Shown here in pieces: positions 1-21,639 of a stretch of DNA of 64,000 nt; the stretch's first letter is position 1; every line of letters starts with the position of its first letter. A program made the translations under genes and the position numbers. The notes under the pieces are model-generated. The model searched no databases and was not told the DNA's origin. It was given only the letters and a program-made list of their open reading frames with translations. Source of the DNA: Stegostoma tigrinum (Eukaryota); NCBI RefSeq assembly GCF_030684315.1, contig NC_081404.1, positions 18,109,140 to 18,173,139 on the forward strand, read 5' to 3'.

Positions 1-550
1 TATGAGAGGGGAGTGCTGATTGAGGTTGGTAAATAATCATTGTTGGTCGAAGCATTGTAGTGGGGGCGGTGGGTCAAGATGAAGGGCTGCAAGAACACGG
101 GGGTCAGGAAGAAGGGCTGCAAAAGGAGAATGCGGTCTTTTAAACTTTTCAACAAAGGATTATTCTCAGCTAACCTGGAAACAGTGTTGAGGCCATTCAC
201 TATTTTTCCTCAACTTTTGGTTTGAAACTGAGAGTTGCAATTGAGAATTGAACTTTGAACAGCTTGTTTCAAAAAAAAGAGAGAACAAAAGACTGATGTT
301 TGCTGTTAGGAATTGGCCTGGAAAGAAAAAGGAGGTTAATTACTGCTCTTAGAACATTATAGATGAAGCAGTTCTGAAATGTCATTATACTCAAGGACTT
401 GCAACTGGTTGGATACTGAATTGGGCAATTAAGGGAAGATGGTAATTCAAGCAAGATAGAATCCTATGTGCTTGTAATACAACCCATTAGATTTCACGAA
501 AGTTTGGTACTCATCATTTAAATGGTTATTAAGCAGGAACTAGCCTCCCT

Positions 551-1052
551 GCTAATAGAAAGGATGTTGTGAAACTTGAAAAGGTTCAGGAAAGATTTAC
601 AAGGATGTTGCCAGGGTTGGAGGTTTTGAGCTATAGGGGGAGGCTGATTAGGCTGCGGCTATTTTCCAGCATCAGAAGTTGAGGGGTGACATTATAGAAG
701 TTTACAAAATCATGAGGGGAGTGGATGTGGTGAATAGATAAGGTCTTTTCCCCCAGAGTAGTGGAGTCCAAAACTAGAGGGCATAGGTTTAAGATGAAGG
801 GAGAAAGATTTAAAACGGACCTAAGGGGCAACCTTTTCCAAGCAGACGGTGGTTCATGTATGGAATGAGCTGCCAGAGGAACTGGTCGAGGCTGGTAGAA
901 TTGCAACATTTAAAAGGCATCTGGATAGGTACATGAATAGAAAGGGTTTTGAGGGATATAGGCCAAATGGGACTAGATTTATTTCGGATATCTGGTCAGC
1001 ATATGCGAGTTGGACCGAAGGGTCTGTTTCCATGCTACATAGCTCTGACTAT
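551..1052 (+). mobile_element. CR1-type LINE 3' fragment
   Basis: Degenerate ORF2 end (ERVQERFTRMLPGL..., WNELPEELVEAG..FKRHLDRYM) followed by the tail ggaccgaagggtctgtttcc. Confidence 0.85.
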
Positions 1053-1672
1053 AACTTACGATTTTTAAAATTGTTTTCAATTTGTCTCTTGACTGCATCT
1101 GTCTGTCGGTTTTTGTGAGGTGGGGGTTGGTGATCAAAGAAGATTTGTATCATTGATATTAAAGAGATTGCCTTGTAGTTTCTGTATTCTGCTAAAGTTA
1201 CATTATTACACAAATTTTACATTTTTAGGTTCCAAGTTGGTGTTGGTTATTTGTAAAGTTTGTTTAGGAAGAATTGAGCAAATTTTGAAAATCATCAAAT
1301 GTTTTAATTTCACTCTGTTGCAAATCCAGCCCAAATCAAGTCTGATTTGGGCTAGCTTGCTATCCCTGTGTCCTAACATCAGGAAAACCTTAAATCACTG
1401 AGTTAATGAATTGTTTGCACATGGAGTTTCTAAGACTATGAAAGAACTACTACATTGGGAAAACATAGTGGATGCTGTTGTACTCAACACGGTGTCAATT
1501 GGACAATTTAATACAGCACTTAACAGTTTTATCTCAAAGATTTACACTTATGTCACATCTGAAAGCATCTCAAATGCAGTGAATACCCTGAGGAACAGTG
1601 ACTGTGTTACAAGCATACCCCATTTAGCTATGATGTCATTAGTTGACCAAAAGCATATGAAGGGTGATGGTA

Positions 1673-1818
1673 TCAGAGATAATGGGAACTGCAGATGCTG
1701 GAGAATCTGAAATAACAAAGTGTGGAGCTGGATGAACACACAGGTCAAGCAGCATCTTAGGAGCTCCCAAGATGCTGTTTGGCCTGCTGTGTTCAGCCAG
1801 CTCCACACTTTGTTATGT
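1673..1818. mobile_element. Palindromic Penelope-derived mini-element, hammerhead centre deleted, 12-bp TSD
   Basis: Inverted arms ataacaaagtgtggagctgg...ccagctccacactttgttat; AGGGTGATGGTA at 1661-1672 and 1819-1830. Confidence 0.8.
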
Positions 1819-2635
1819 AGGGTGATGGTAGTTTGTGTAAAGTGTTAGGTTTTAAATAAATTGTTGCTAACTTATGCCTGTTATCATGCCAATTTACACA
1901 TTGTTATGGCTGGTAAGTTTAGTGCTTTCCTTGAGAGTTGTGGCTTTTTAAGTTTAACAGTTATGACAATTATGGAGAATAATGATGTAATCTTCTAATT
2001 CTGCTTTGTTGAGAATCCAAATCCTACATATGTCAACAAAAATACAGAAGGCAGTATTACTATATGAATGCATCACACAATGAAATACCTGACGAAGATG
2101 AAAAATGAGCCCCTGAAAACCGAACATCTCCCGAAAAATCAGAAAGTGACCCTCAACAAAATCTTGAGGCGTGTTTTTTTGAATATTTTGAATCCATGGT
2201 TCAAAAGGGCACTAAACGGGCACCCCCTGCTGTTCTCGTATCACAGTCTTAAACAGGGGACTGAACGGTCTCCTTCAGCTCGTGTTAAAAGATCTAGGAA
2301 ACGTTTCTACATTGAAGGCGCTATCTAAATGCAATTACAATATATAACGATTTTCTTCCCAACTTTGCATTTTATTTACATAAAAGAACCTTGACTTACA
2401 CGGACTGTTCTTCAATAATAACAAATTACAGAATAACCCATTTTCTTTCCGTTTTGGACAAATCCCTCGCAATCTGAAGTAAACTACCCGTTGCTGAAGT
2501 AACTGAAAAGAAAAGCTCACATGACACACTCGGGCGCTCGGTGATGACGCACTTTCACGATCGCGAACAGTGCGCCGCTCTCGTGCTGTCATTTTCAGTT
2601 AAAATCCCGGCTGCCCCTTCACCGAATCGGCGATC

Positions 2636-11336
<8,701 letters not shown>

Positions 11337-11475
11337 GAGGAGTACTCCTTCATTTGACTTCACCGAGGCGAGTGATTAAAGAAGCGGTAAACACATATCG
11401 ATTGGAACAAACCAGACCTACTCTTGCAGCTGCAACATTGGGAGAAACTGCATTGAAGGTGGGGCGGCCCGTATA

Positions 11476-11481
11476 AATAAA
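11476..11481 (+). terminator. Candidate METTL1 polyadenylation signal
   Basis: AATAAA about 140 nt after the stop codon; a further AATAAA occurs near 12400. Confidence 0.5.
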
Positions 11482-11785
11482 CTGAAAATAACCTCAACAG
11501 TAGTCTTCAAATAGAAGTGTTGATAACTGTACGTTCTTGCATGAATGCTAGGTATCAAGTGAAGGGTTTAAAAATTGGTTCCCTAGGCACATTTTACAGA
11601 TTTTTATTTTTACGAACGATTTGGAGAGTATGAAATAAGGAATGTAGCATTGTACGTTTTACAATGTAAAAGATTCCACTGAAATATGTACATCAGAAGT
11701 CTTTTGCTGTGATTTGTTTGTTTATTTTTGTTGTAATTGAGAATTGTATCCTTTTTTTTAAGATGCCTGCTTATACATATAGCTT

Positions 11786-11853
11786 GAACATAGAACAATA
11801 CAGCGCGGAACAGGCCCTTCGGCCCTCGATGTGCGCCGACCTGTGAACAAATC
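11786..11853 (-). mobile_element. Very short CR1 3'-end insertion
   Basis: Reverse complement of the tail at 47600-47675; CpGs retained. Confidence 0.7.
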
Positions 11854-12622
11854 AAACTTTATTTTAAACTGCTATTAAATTTGCAACAATAATGACATTT
11901 CCCAAAACCAATTAATTACTTCCAGATTTCCTGAGGCTGTGAAAGGCACTATAGAAATGCAAATCTGCCTGCCTGTCTCGACATCAGAGGGTTTATCAAG
12001 CAGGCTCAATGCCATGTTCATAATAACTACTTTTTGCTTCCTTTAGTACTTTGAGTGTCACCTTGCCTCTGAGTCACAGGATTGTGAATTTGAATCCCAC
12101 TCATAATATAAGGACTGTCACACTGTTGGAAGTCTCTTCACTGAAATAATTATCTTCTATCTTTAAAATTAATATCGTCCATTCAGAGAATTCTCCCAGT
12201 GTCCCGGTTAACATGCATCCCTCATCAATGTCCGCAACACGGTCTTATTGTGAATAACTTCACTCCTGCACATGAGTACATAAGTAACTACGTTTCAAAG
12301 ATAATTATGTAAACGTATACCACTGTAGGACATCCTGCAGACATACAAAATAAATTCAAGCTGGTTCATTGGTTTCTTTTTATTTATTTTCAGCTATGGA
12401 ATAAAACTAAAATTGGCTAGCTGACTATGGTCACTTGGGGCCAACGATTGAATTAAAAATTTATTTTGATCTTAATCCAAGTTGTAATGAAAACAGACTA
12501 TTTTGACCTTCTTGGCTTTTCAACAGTAGCTGTTCAATATTCTGATTCAACTTTCTGATCAGAAAGTTTGATTTTTAAACAGTGGACTGCTGGAACTGAC
12601 ACCTGCAACATAACACTCTAAA

Positions 12623-12837
12623 GTTTTGGAGTAGTTCTGTAGCTCAGGTTGTGGGTGTTGAGGTTGGTTGGCTTTTGAGCTGGTTTGTTGTTCTGCAGAT
12701 GTTTTGTTATGGTGCTTGGTAACATCCTCAGTGCAACCTCTGATGAAGCTTCAGAGGCTGCACTGAGAATGTTACCAAGCACCGTAACGAAACGTCTGCG
12801 GAACAATAAACCAGCTCGGCGAGCCAACCAAACTCAG
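12623..12837. mobile_element. Palindromic mini-element (second family) with two hammerhead-like motifs, 9-bp TSD
   Basis: Arms inverted around cctctgatgaagcttcagagg; ctgagaat-gttac...gtaac-gaaacgtc at 12763-12796; CACTCTAAA at 12614-12622 and 12838-12846. Confidence 0.75.
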
Positions 12838-13439
12838 CACTCTAAACACACTTCAGTTTCATAAATTCTCCCAAATTTTTTTTGTCCCCAAATTAGTTCC
12901 CAATAAATTACCCTTTTAAGAAAAAACAAGAAACAAAATTCACCTCATACAAATTTGCCATTAATTGGAACTTTATATAATATTGCTGGGGTTTCTACAA
13001 TCAGAGTGTCAGCAAGTGTTAATATCAGTCTGGTTCGTTGCTTGTATTGATGCTAGAGCTGTCACAACAGGTTCCAAGTTCACTAGCATCATTACCAAGT
13101 ATGATCTATAATCTCACTTCTCGTTGACTTTGTTCAATCCAATCTATTATCAATGTCACGTTGTACCACGTGTTACAGGCCAAATGTACAATTCTTAGAC
13201 ACGGAATCTTTGGCTATTTGCAGCAAAGTTGCTGTGCTTTGAGGTGAGGAGGTCAGTAATTACAGTAAATGGCTTATAAAAGAAGGGCAAGAATTAACTA
13301 AAAGGGTCACTGAGTTAGAACTGTAAGGAGCCAAATGTGTGTGTTTGTTTTTAAATTTGATTTCAACATAGGTTAATTGAATACTTTTTTTCTTCTTGGT
13401 AGGCTAAGTTCTGCAGGCAAATCATGCTTTCTTACATGT

Positions 13440-13760
13440 GGCATGTTAGCACTGTTGCCTCACAGTGCCAGGAACCCAGATTCAATTCCAGCCTTGGGCA
13501 GCTGTCTGGGTGGTGTGTGCACATTCTCCCTGTGTCTGTGTGGGTTTCTTCTTAGTCCAGCGATGTACAGTTTAGGTGGATTGGCCATGCTAAATTGCCC
13601 ATAGCGTCCAGGGACATGTAGGTTAGGTGGCTTAGCCATGGGAAATGCAAGGTTACAGTGACAGGGTAGGAGGGTGAGGGGAAAAGAGTCCGGTTGGGGT
13701 ACTCCTTGAATTGGTGTGGATTTGTTGGGCCGAATGGCCTGTTTCCGTGCTGTAGAGATT
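13440..13760 (+). mobile_element. HE1/V-SINE-like SINE
   Basis: Similar to 4226-4559 and 42340-42640. Confidence 0.8.
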
Positions 13761-14814
13761 TTAATTCTTTTTTCTTTTAAGTGATCTTTATGATTTTAAA
13801 CACTGTATTTATAATTTGTGTGTATGAAATCTGCTGTGGTTTTGCAGAAACTCTTGCTTCACTTTTGTTCATTCTTGTCCACATACTCTTGAGTTGGGAT
13901 CCTGATGTCACTCTGTGTATTTTATAAATATGCCTTTACTTCACCCATTCACCAGTTTTAAAAAATGCAGGTTTATGTTCAGCGTGTACTCTAAATTTTT
14001 TAAAAATTGTGACCATTCAGAAAATATAGCCACTTTTGATGGAATGAAGTGATGCTTTTTTTTGAGGCCACTGAGAATGATGTTTGTGTTTTTAACAACA
14101 CTTAAGCTGAAGTAGCTTTTTCTGTAATATTTTAAGTGTATTTCAAATTTGCAATCTGCTCTTAAACCCTCTATTTGCCATCTACTATGAATAAAGCCTT
14201 TTTATAAAGGAAGGTTCACCGGACCTGAAATGTTAACGTTTTTTTTCTTCTCAGATGCTTGCCAGAGCTGCTGAGCTTTTCCAGCAACTTTTTTTTGTTC
14301 CTTTTTAGAATAATTTCAGAATCTCTGAAGATTTCATGACTCACAATCTTAAAATGCTGTGCCCTTCTTAGTAGGAAACTAGCCATCTTATTTCAGTTTA
14401 TTAGATCAAGCAGCAACTTAAGGTGCTCCACAAGCATTATCGGCCAGTTATTTGGAATGAGCCATATTGTGATAGTAGGACAGATTTAGGTATGGTTTAA
14501 CAAGCAGAGGGGGACTTAGGAAGGGAATTCCAGAGCTTAAGACCCAAGTAGCCAAAGACACAGCTGCACCTATGATGAAGCAGTTTTAAAAATTGGGGCT
14601 ATGTGAAGGGCCAAATCTAGTGGAACGCAGAGGTACGGAAGAGGTTAGAGAGATAGTGGGGTATGTTCATCAGCGATAGCTGCCACTGGTGGAGTGATGG
14701 ATATCCAAGAATAGACAAAGCAACAGACTTGGAGCATAGAGTTCAGTAGGTTTTAGGGCAGAATATCTGCAAATATTTTTGTAGATCAGTGAGATTATTG
14801 TGGGGAGGGGAATT

Positions 14815-15480
14815 AAGGACATACAGCATGGAAACAGACCCTTCAGTCCAACTAGTCCACACCAACCAAACATCCTGATCTGACCTAGTTCATTTGGTCC
14901 ATATTCCTTCTAAACTCTTCCTGTTCATATTGCCATTGATTATGTCTTTTTTAAATGTTGTAATTGTAGCTGCCTCCACCACTTCCTCTGGCAGCTTCTA
15001 TTCATGCACTGCCCTCTGCATGAAAAGAGTTATGCCTCTTCTCCTTTTTCAATATTTCCCCTCTCACCTTTAAACCTATGCCCTCTAGTTTTGGACTGTC
15101 CTACAGTGGGAAAAGGGCCTTGGCTAGTCACTCCATCCATGCCCCTCAAGATTTTATAAACCTCCTAAAAGGTTGCCCCCTTCAGCCTCTTCCCTATAAC
15201 ACAAGCCCTCCAATCCCAGCAACATCCTTGTAAATCTTTTCTGCACCCTCTCAAATTTAACAACATGCTCACTATAGAAGGGCAACCAGAAGTGCCTGCA
15301 GTATTGTTTAAAAAATGGCCTCACTAATGTCCCAACTCTCATACTCTATGATCTGAGCAATGAAGCCAAGCATGCCAAACACCACCTGTACCACCCTGTC
15401 TATATGCAATTCCACTTTTCAAGGAACTATGCACCTACGCCCCTCGGACTCTTTGTTTGGCAACATTCCCCGTGACCCCA
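14815..15480 (-). mobile_element. CR1-type LINE 3' fragment
   Basis: Minus-strand LVRPFFKQYCRHFW...ERVQKRFTRMLLGLEG. Confidence 0.8.
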
Positions 15481-16326
15481 CCATTAATTTCAGCACGTTC
15501 AGTGATTTGACCCGTTTGGTCACCGAGATTGCAGTGCAGGATTGACATCTGTTGATTTTGCTGGGTTGTGTTTGATATATAAACAAGACAGATGGAAAGC
15601 TTTGCCCTGGATCTTTGCCACGGTTGGAACAATTAAAGTGGTGAGATATGGAAAAAGTACTAAGTAATAAAACAAGTCCTCCTAGTTCATTGAGCCTGAC
15701 CTTTCTTTTTGCCTCTTTCTAATGGCTGAATGACTAATAGATCTTTGTACAGATGTACAGTCAATGACCTTTTTAACACACACTGTGCAAAAGGTTCAGT
15801 TACTAAACATGTGGTGGGTTTTTTAATGTATGTATTTGGGACAGAAACTTTTTTTTCTGACAAAACTGCTAATGACTTGTGCACTTCAACAAATGTTAAT
15901 GACATTCTGTATAGCAATAGTTAGTTATTTTAAAAAGTTTAAAAGGTAGCAGTTTTAAATACAAAAACATGATTAAACATGAGCATAACAAAGATTTATC
16001 AACATTCTGCAAAGTGAAATAAGCAGTGTGATAGGACTATTACATTATATAAATTTCCAGTTCTATTTTGTGGACAAAAATAATCATAGAACACTGAGAG
16101 CACATTGCCTCTTTCTGTACTATCTTGTCTATGCTAACTCTGTGTGTGAGCAACTCACATAGTCCTACTCCCCAAACTTGCCCCTGCAGCCCTGCAACTG
16201 TGTTTTCTTCAGATAATTATCCAAATTTCTCTTCAGCAGTGGTGTCCCTACCTCAGAGGCAGGAGGTTAGGTTCAAGTCCTACCTGCTTCAGAGATGTGT
16301 AATGACATATCTGAACAGCCTGATTA

Positions 16327-16806
16327 GAAATAGTAGGAACTGCAGATGCTGGATGCCACCTGAAGGTTGCAGGAACAGCACCTTTATATTTCACTTGGGA
16401 ACCCTGCAGCCCAATGGTAACAATGTGGACTTCACAAACTTCAAAATCTCCCTTCCCCCTACCCCATCCCAAAACCAGCCCAGCTCGTACCTGCCTCCCT
16501 AACGTGTTCTTCCTGCCACCTCAAGCCCCACCCCCATCTCCTACCTACTAGCCTCATCCAACCCCCTTGACTTGTTCATCCTCCCTGGACTGACCTATCC
16601 CCTCCCTAACTCTACCTGCACTCCCCTTTACTGGCTGTACCTCTGCCTCTTTGACCTGTCTGTCTCCTCTCTACCTATCTTCTCCTGTATCTATCTTCTA
16701 TCTGCCCTTCCCCTCCCCCATTTCTGAAGAAGGGTCTAGGCCCGAAACGTCCGCTTTCCTGCTGCTTGGCCTGCTGTGTTCATCCAGCTCTACGCCTTGT
16801 TATCTT
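16327..16806 (+). mobile_element. 5'-truncated Penelope-like element with a short inverted terminus, nested in a tRNA-SINE
   Basis: GIY-YIG end FIFHLGTLQPNGNNVDF; C-rich 3' UTR; ctgaaga-agggtctaggccc-gaaacgtc at 16724-16751; direct repeat AGCCTGATTA(GAAA) at 16317 and 16807. Confidence 0.85.
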
Positions 16807-18711
16807 AGCCTGATTAGAAAATACCTTTTTAAAAGTCTTTTTAAAGCCCTTGATTGAATCTACCTCTACTGTACTCTTGAGCAGTACATTCCAGATCCTA
16901 ACCATTTGCTGCTTTCGAAATGTTTTTCTCCTCTTAGCAAACAAACCAAAGGCAATCACCATAAACCTGTGTCTCTCTGGTTCTCAACTCTTTGACCTGT
17001 CTATCTGCTATATACATCCATCTCAAGATTTTGAACATCTCTATTAAATCTCCTCTTGATCTTCTCCAAGGAAAACACCCTCACCTTCTCCGATTTATTC
17101 ACATAATGTAAATTATTCATCTTTGGAACCATTAGCAGTAATGTCATTAACTCTTAACTGTCTTCTGAAATTGTTTAGCAAGCCTCTCTCGGTTCTCTCA
17201 AACCACTAAAAGGTCTGAGAGGAGCACCAGCAGTGACCTCTGAACCAAAAATTATAAGGGACAGATTTGTCAATACTGCAAGGTATGATTCTGTGAGTAT
17301 GTAATGTCCCAGATAACACCGTTCCCATCCCTACGTATGTCCTAGCCAATGGGCAGGACAGACTTAACAGAAGTGGTAGCACAATGGTAGACAGTTGGGA
17401 AGGGGTTGCTGTGGGAATGCTCAAAAGTGACCCTGGACGCCAAAAGGTCTTGTGGCATTGGGTCAAACATGGGTAAGGAAACTTTCTCGTTACTGTGTAC
17501 CATGACCCCCAAATCAACTGCTGAAACAGTTGAACACCACTTGAGGAAGCATGGAAGGTGGCTTTGTGGTGGATATCGAAGTCCTTCAGCCAGACTAGCT
17601 TAATAGAACTATTACTGAGTTGGAAAGGACACAGCTGCTAGACTCAGTCTGTGGCAGGTAGTGAAGGAACCAAGAAGAGGGTAAAACCTACTTGATCTTG
17701 TCCATGCCGATCAGATTGCCACAAATGTATCTGCATGTCAGAACTAGTAGGAGTGGCCATGCATAGTCCTAGTAAAGGTGAAGTCCCGTTATGGATACCT
17801 TCCACCATGTGTAGCAATACTACTGTGCTGAATAGATGGGGTTGTGAACAGATCTCGCAACTTAACTGGATGGCCGTTAGGTATTGTAGGCCATCAGCTA
17901 AAGCAGAATTGTACTCCAACACAATCTGCAACCCAACAGCCTGGCATAGACATGCTCAACCCTTACCATCAAGCCAGGGGATCAACCCTGGTTTGTCTAA
18001 AAGTGCAGGGAGGCATGCCAGGAGCAGCACCAGGCCCACCTAAAAAATGTACTCTCAGCCTAATGAAGCTCCAATGGAGGATTACAAATTCCACAACCAA
18101 GATATGAAATTGAAGCCCTGCAAGACCCGCCATATTTGTTTGTAAATGGTGATGTACAATTAAACAACTCACTAGAGGGGGAGGATCCACAAATATTCCC
18201 CTCCTCAATGTTGGATGAGCCCAGCACATCAGAGCAAAATATAAGCTGAACTATTTGCAACAAAAGTGGATGATCCACCTTGGCCTCCATGATATATCCC
18301 CAATATCATAGGATACTAATCTCCAGCCAATTTATTTCACTCCATGCTATAGTGACAAATGGCTGAAGGCACACAATACTCCAAAGCCTACAAGCAATGA
18401 TAATATTATGGCAACTTGCTGAGTCCCTAAACAAGCTATTCCAGTGCCACTACAACACTGGCATCTACACAGCAATGTCAGAAATTGCCCAGACACGAAG
18501 TGGGACAAATTCAAGTAACCAATCATCAATAAAGTGATTATAAGGGGTAGTCAACAGTGCTATCAAGCAACATTTGCTTTGCAATAACCTGCTCACTGAC
18601 TTTCAGTTTGGGTTCCGCAAAGGGTAATCACCTCCTGACTTCATTGCAGCTTTGGTTCAAACATAGACAAAAAAACTAAATTGCAGAGGTCAGGTGGGAG
18701 TGACTGCCCAT

Positions 18712-19160
18712 GGGGAGGTGATGGCCTAGTGGTACCAGTGCTGGACTGTTAATCCAGAGATCACGTCCTTGGGACCTGGGTTCGAATCCTGTTGTGGCAG
18801 ATGGTGGAATTTGAATCTGGTGCATGTCTGGAATTAAGAATCTAATGATGACTGTGAATCCCATTGCTGATTGTTGGGGGTAAAAAAAAATTGGTTTGCT
18901 AATGTCCTTTTGGGAAGGAAACTGCCACCTTTACCTGGTCTGACCTACATGTAACACCAGACCCACAGCAAATTGGTTGACTCTTGGTCCCAAGATAACA
19001 AAATAAAACGTATCTGCAAATATAAATCCACTGCATAGATTCACATATGTGTGTGTGTGAGAGAGAGAGAGAGAGTGTGAGAGAGTGTCAGCGCGTGAGG
19101 GTGGAGAGCAATAAATGCTGCCTAGCCAGTGATGCCCCTCATCCTGTGAATAAATAAAAA
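18712..19160 (+). mobile_element. tRNA-derived SINE sharing its 3' tail with the CR1/L2-group LINE
   Basis: gatggcctagtgg...ggttcgaatcc...gcagatggtggaatttgaat...caataaatgctg; other copies at 38705-39050, 44680-45000 and 62907-63222. Confidence 0.75.
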
Positions 19161-19621
19161 AAATCAATGCCACATTTGACTGAATGTGGCATCAAGGATC
19201 TGTAACAAAACTAGAGTTGATGGGAATCGGGGGCAAACTCTTCAATGGTTGGAATCATATCTAGCACAAAGGAAGATGGTTGTGGTTATTGGAGGTCAGC
19301 CATCTCAGTTCCAGGATATCTCTGCAGGAGTTCCGCAGGGTAGTGTCCAATGCTTGACCAGCTGCTTCATCAAGACCGCCTCTCCATCATAAGGTCAGAA
19401 GTGGGGATGTTTGCCAATGATTGTGCAATGGTCCACACCATTGACAACTCCTTAGATACTGAAGTAGTCCATATTCAAAGCCAGCAAGGCCTAGGCTTCA
19501 GCTCTCAAGCAACAAGTAACATGCATGTGCCAGGCAATTACCGTCTCCAACAAAAATCTAGCAATCACCCCAAGACATTCCTAACATGCCACTGCTGAAT
19601 TCTCTCACTAACATCATTTTT

Positions 19622-20690
19622 GGCAGACAGGAACAATCCCTCTCAGTGGGGGAACATTTCAGCAGTCAAGGATGTTGGGGCTCAGATCTTTAGGTAAACG
19701 TCCTCCAAGGCGGATTTTGGGATACACAACAATGCAGAATCGCTGAGCAGAAACTGATAGCCAGGTTCTGTACCCATGAGGACGGCCTCAACTGGGATCT
19801 TGGGTTCATGTCACACTACAGGTGACCCCACTGCACTATTTTTTTTCTTTCTTTCTCTCTCTCTCTTCCCCACCTCCCACACACAAAAATACTCTCTCTC
19901 TACCCCCACCAAACATACACACACGCGCACACACACACTCTTTCTCTCTCTCCCCCCTCACTCGCTGACACTCTCTCACACTCTCTCTCTCTCACACACA
20001 TGCACACACATATGTGAATCTATGCAGTGAATTTATATTTGCAGATACGTTTTATTTTGTTCAAAAAGCATACAATTTATAGGAAGTCAGTCAATATGGT
20101 GCTTTATAAATTCCCACTTTAGAAATAAAACCAGTCTGAATCCAAATTAAAACACAAAATGATTGTAAACAAGGTCTCACATCTAACATAGGAGATAACA
20201 AGGTGTCGAGCTGGACGAACACAGCAGGCCAAGCAGCATCCCAGGAGCAGGAAGGCTGATGTTTCGGGCCTAGACCCTTCTCCAGCATCTGCAGTTACTA
20301 CTGTCTCCTCACACCGAACATGCAGTGTCTGAACTAAAATGTCACATCTTCTTTACACTGATTAAAACTTTCAGTTCTCTCAGGACCGTGACTTGAAAGG
20401 AATTCAGGTATTTACATATACATATTACTCAATTAAAAACTAATGGATTGAAGATTTAACAGCATCTTAGGTTTGTTTAGTATATCCTCCCAATGGTGTG
20501 AACCTTTGATCTTTTATTTTTAAATTCTGTGTCTGATACTACCTCTCTCACTAATACCTGAAGAAGGACTGAGGATCCAAAAGTTTGTGTTTTGAATAAA
20601 TCTGTTGGACCATAACCTGGTGTTGTGTGATTTCTGACATTGCGTGATTTCTGACCTTGTCCAGCCCTGTCCAACACTGGCACCTCCACA
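19622..20690 (+). mobile_element. Penelope-like element 3' part (third family) with CT/CA microsatellite and a degenerate hammerhead
   Basis: GIY-YIG-end-like AEQKLIARFCTHEDGLNWDLGF; ctgaagaagga...tccaaaag at about 20558; terminus ataaatctgttggaccataacctggtgttgtgtga. A first-family piece is nested at 20190-20307. Confidence 0.65.
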
Positions 20691-21639
20691 TCCTCAACCT
20701 GGGGGTTACTACTGACCAGAAACTGGACTAGACTAGCCATATGAGTACTGTGGCTATGGGCACAGGTCAGAAGATAGAAATCCTGTAGTGAGTAATGCAC
20801 CTCTTGACTCCCCACCAAAGCCTGTGCACCAACTACAAGGCACAAGTCAGGAATACAATGGAGTATAAAAACTGACAGAACTGCAGATGCTGGAAATCAG
20901 AAACACTGTAGAGAGAAAACTCAGTTCTGAGGAAGGGTCACTGGACCCAAAATATTTCTCTCCACAGAAACTGCCAGACCTAAGCTTTTCCAACAATTTC
21001 TGTTATTGTTTATGATGGAATATACCCTATTTGCCTGGATGAGTGCAGCTTCAACAACACCGAAGCTCAACACCTTCCAGAACATAGCAGCAGTGTGTAC
21101 CATTTACAGGATTCATTGCAGAAATTCACCAAGGCTCCTTAGCACCTTCCAAACCTATGACTTCTACCATTTAGAAGGAAAAGGGCAGTGTCGTTATGGA
21201 AACACTACCACCTACACCACCCTGACTTGAAAATATATCGCTGTTCCCCCAATACTCAAAATCCTGGAACACCTTCCGTAACAGCATTGTGGGTGCATTT
21301 AGACCAAATGGACTGCAGCAGTTCAAGAAGGCAGTTCACCACCCCTACTCAAGTGTAGCGAGGGAAGCCATAAATGCTAACCCAACCAGCAATGCCCACA
21401 TCTGATTTCTTTCCAAAAAACCAAGTGTGAATGTTCTGTTCCATCTCTAATGCCTTCACATTCTTACGGCAATTAATAATTACATCTTTACTCTTCAAAG
21501 GAAGAACATTCACTGTGAGTACGTGAAATAGATTTCACACATCAGTGCTGGGACTGTATTTCTATTCTTGCAGTTTTTGAAAAAAATCTGTCTTCAATAT
21601 GGGATTCATAGGAAGTAACATAAGCCTCGAATTGGAACT

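Larger units (their letters stand above)
17230..21405 (+). mobile_element. Degenerate CR1/L2-group LINE fragmented by nested SINE and Penelope insertions
   Basis: RT remnants LQWLESYLAQRKMVVVIGGQ...ISAGVPQGSV and GMFANDC; tail ...ataaatgct; homologous to 58157-59750 (-). Confidence 0.7.
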
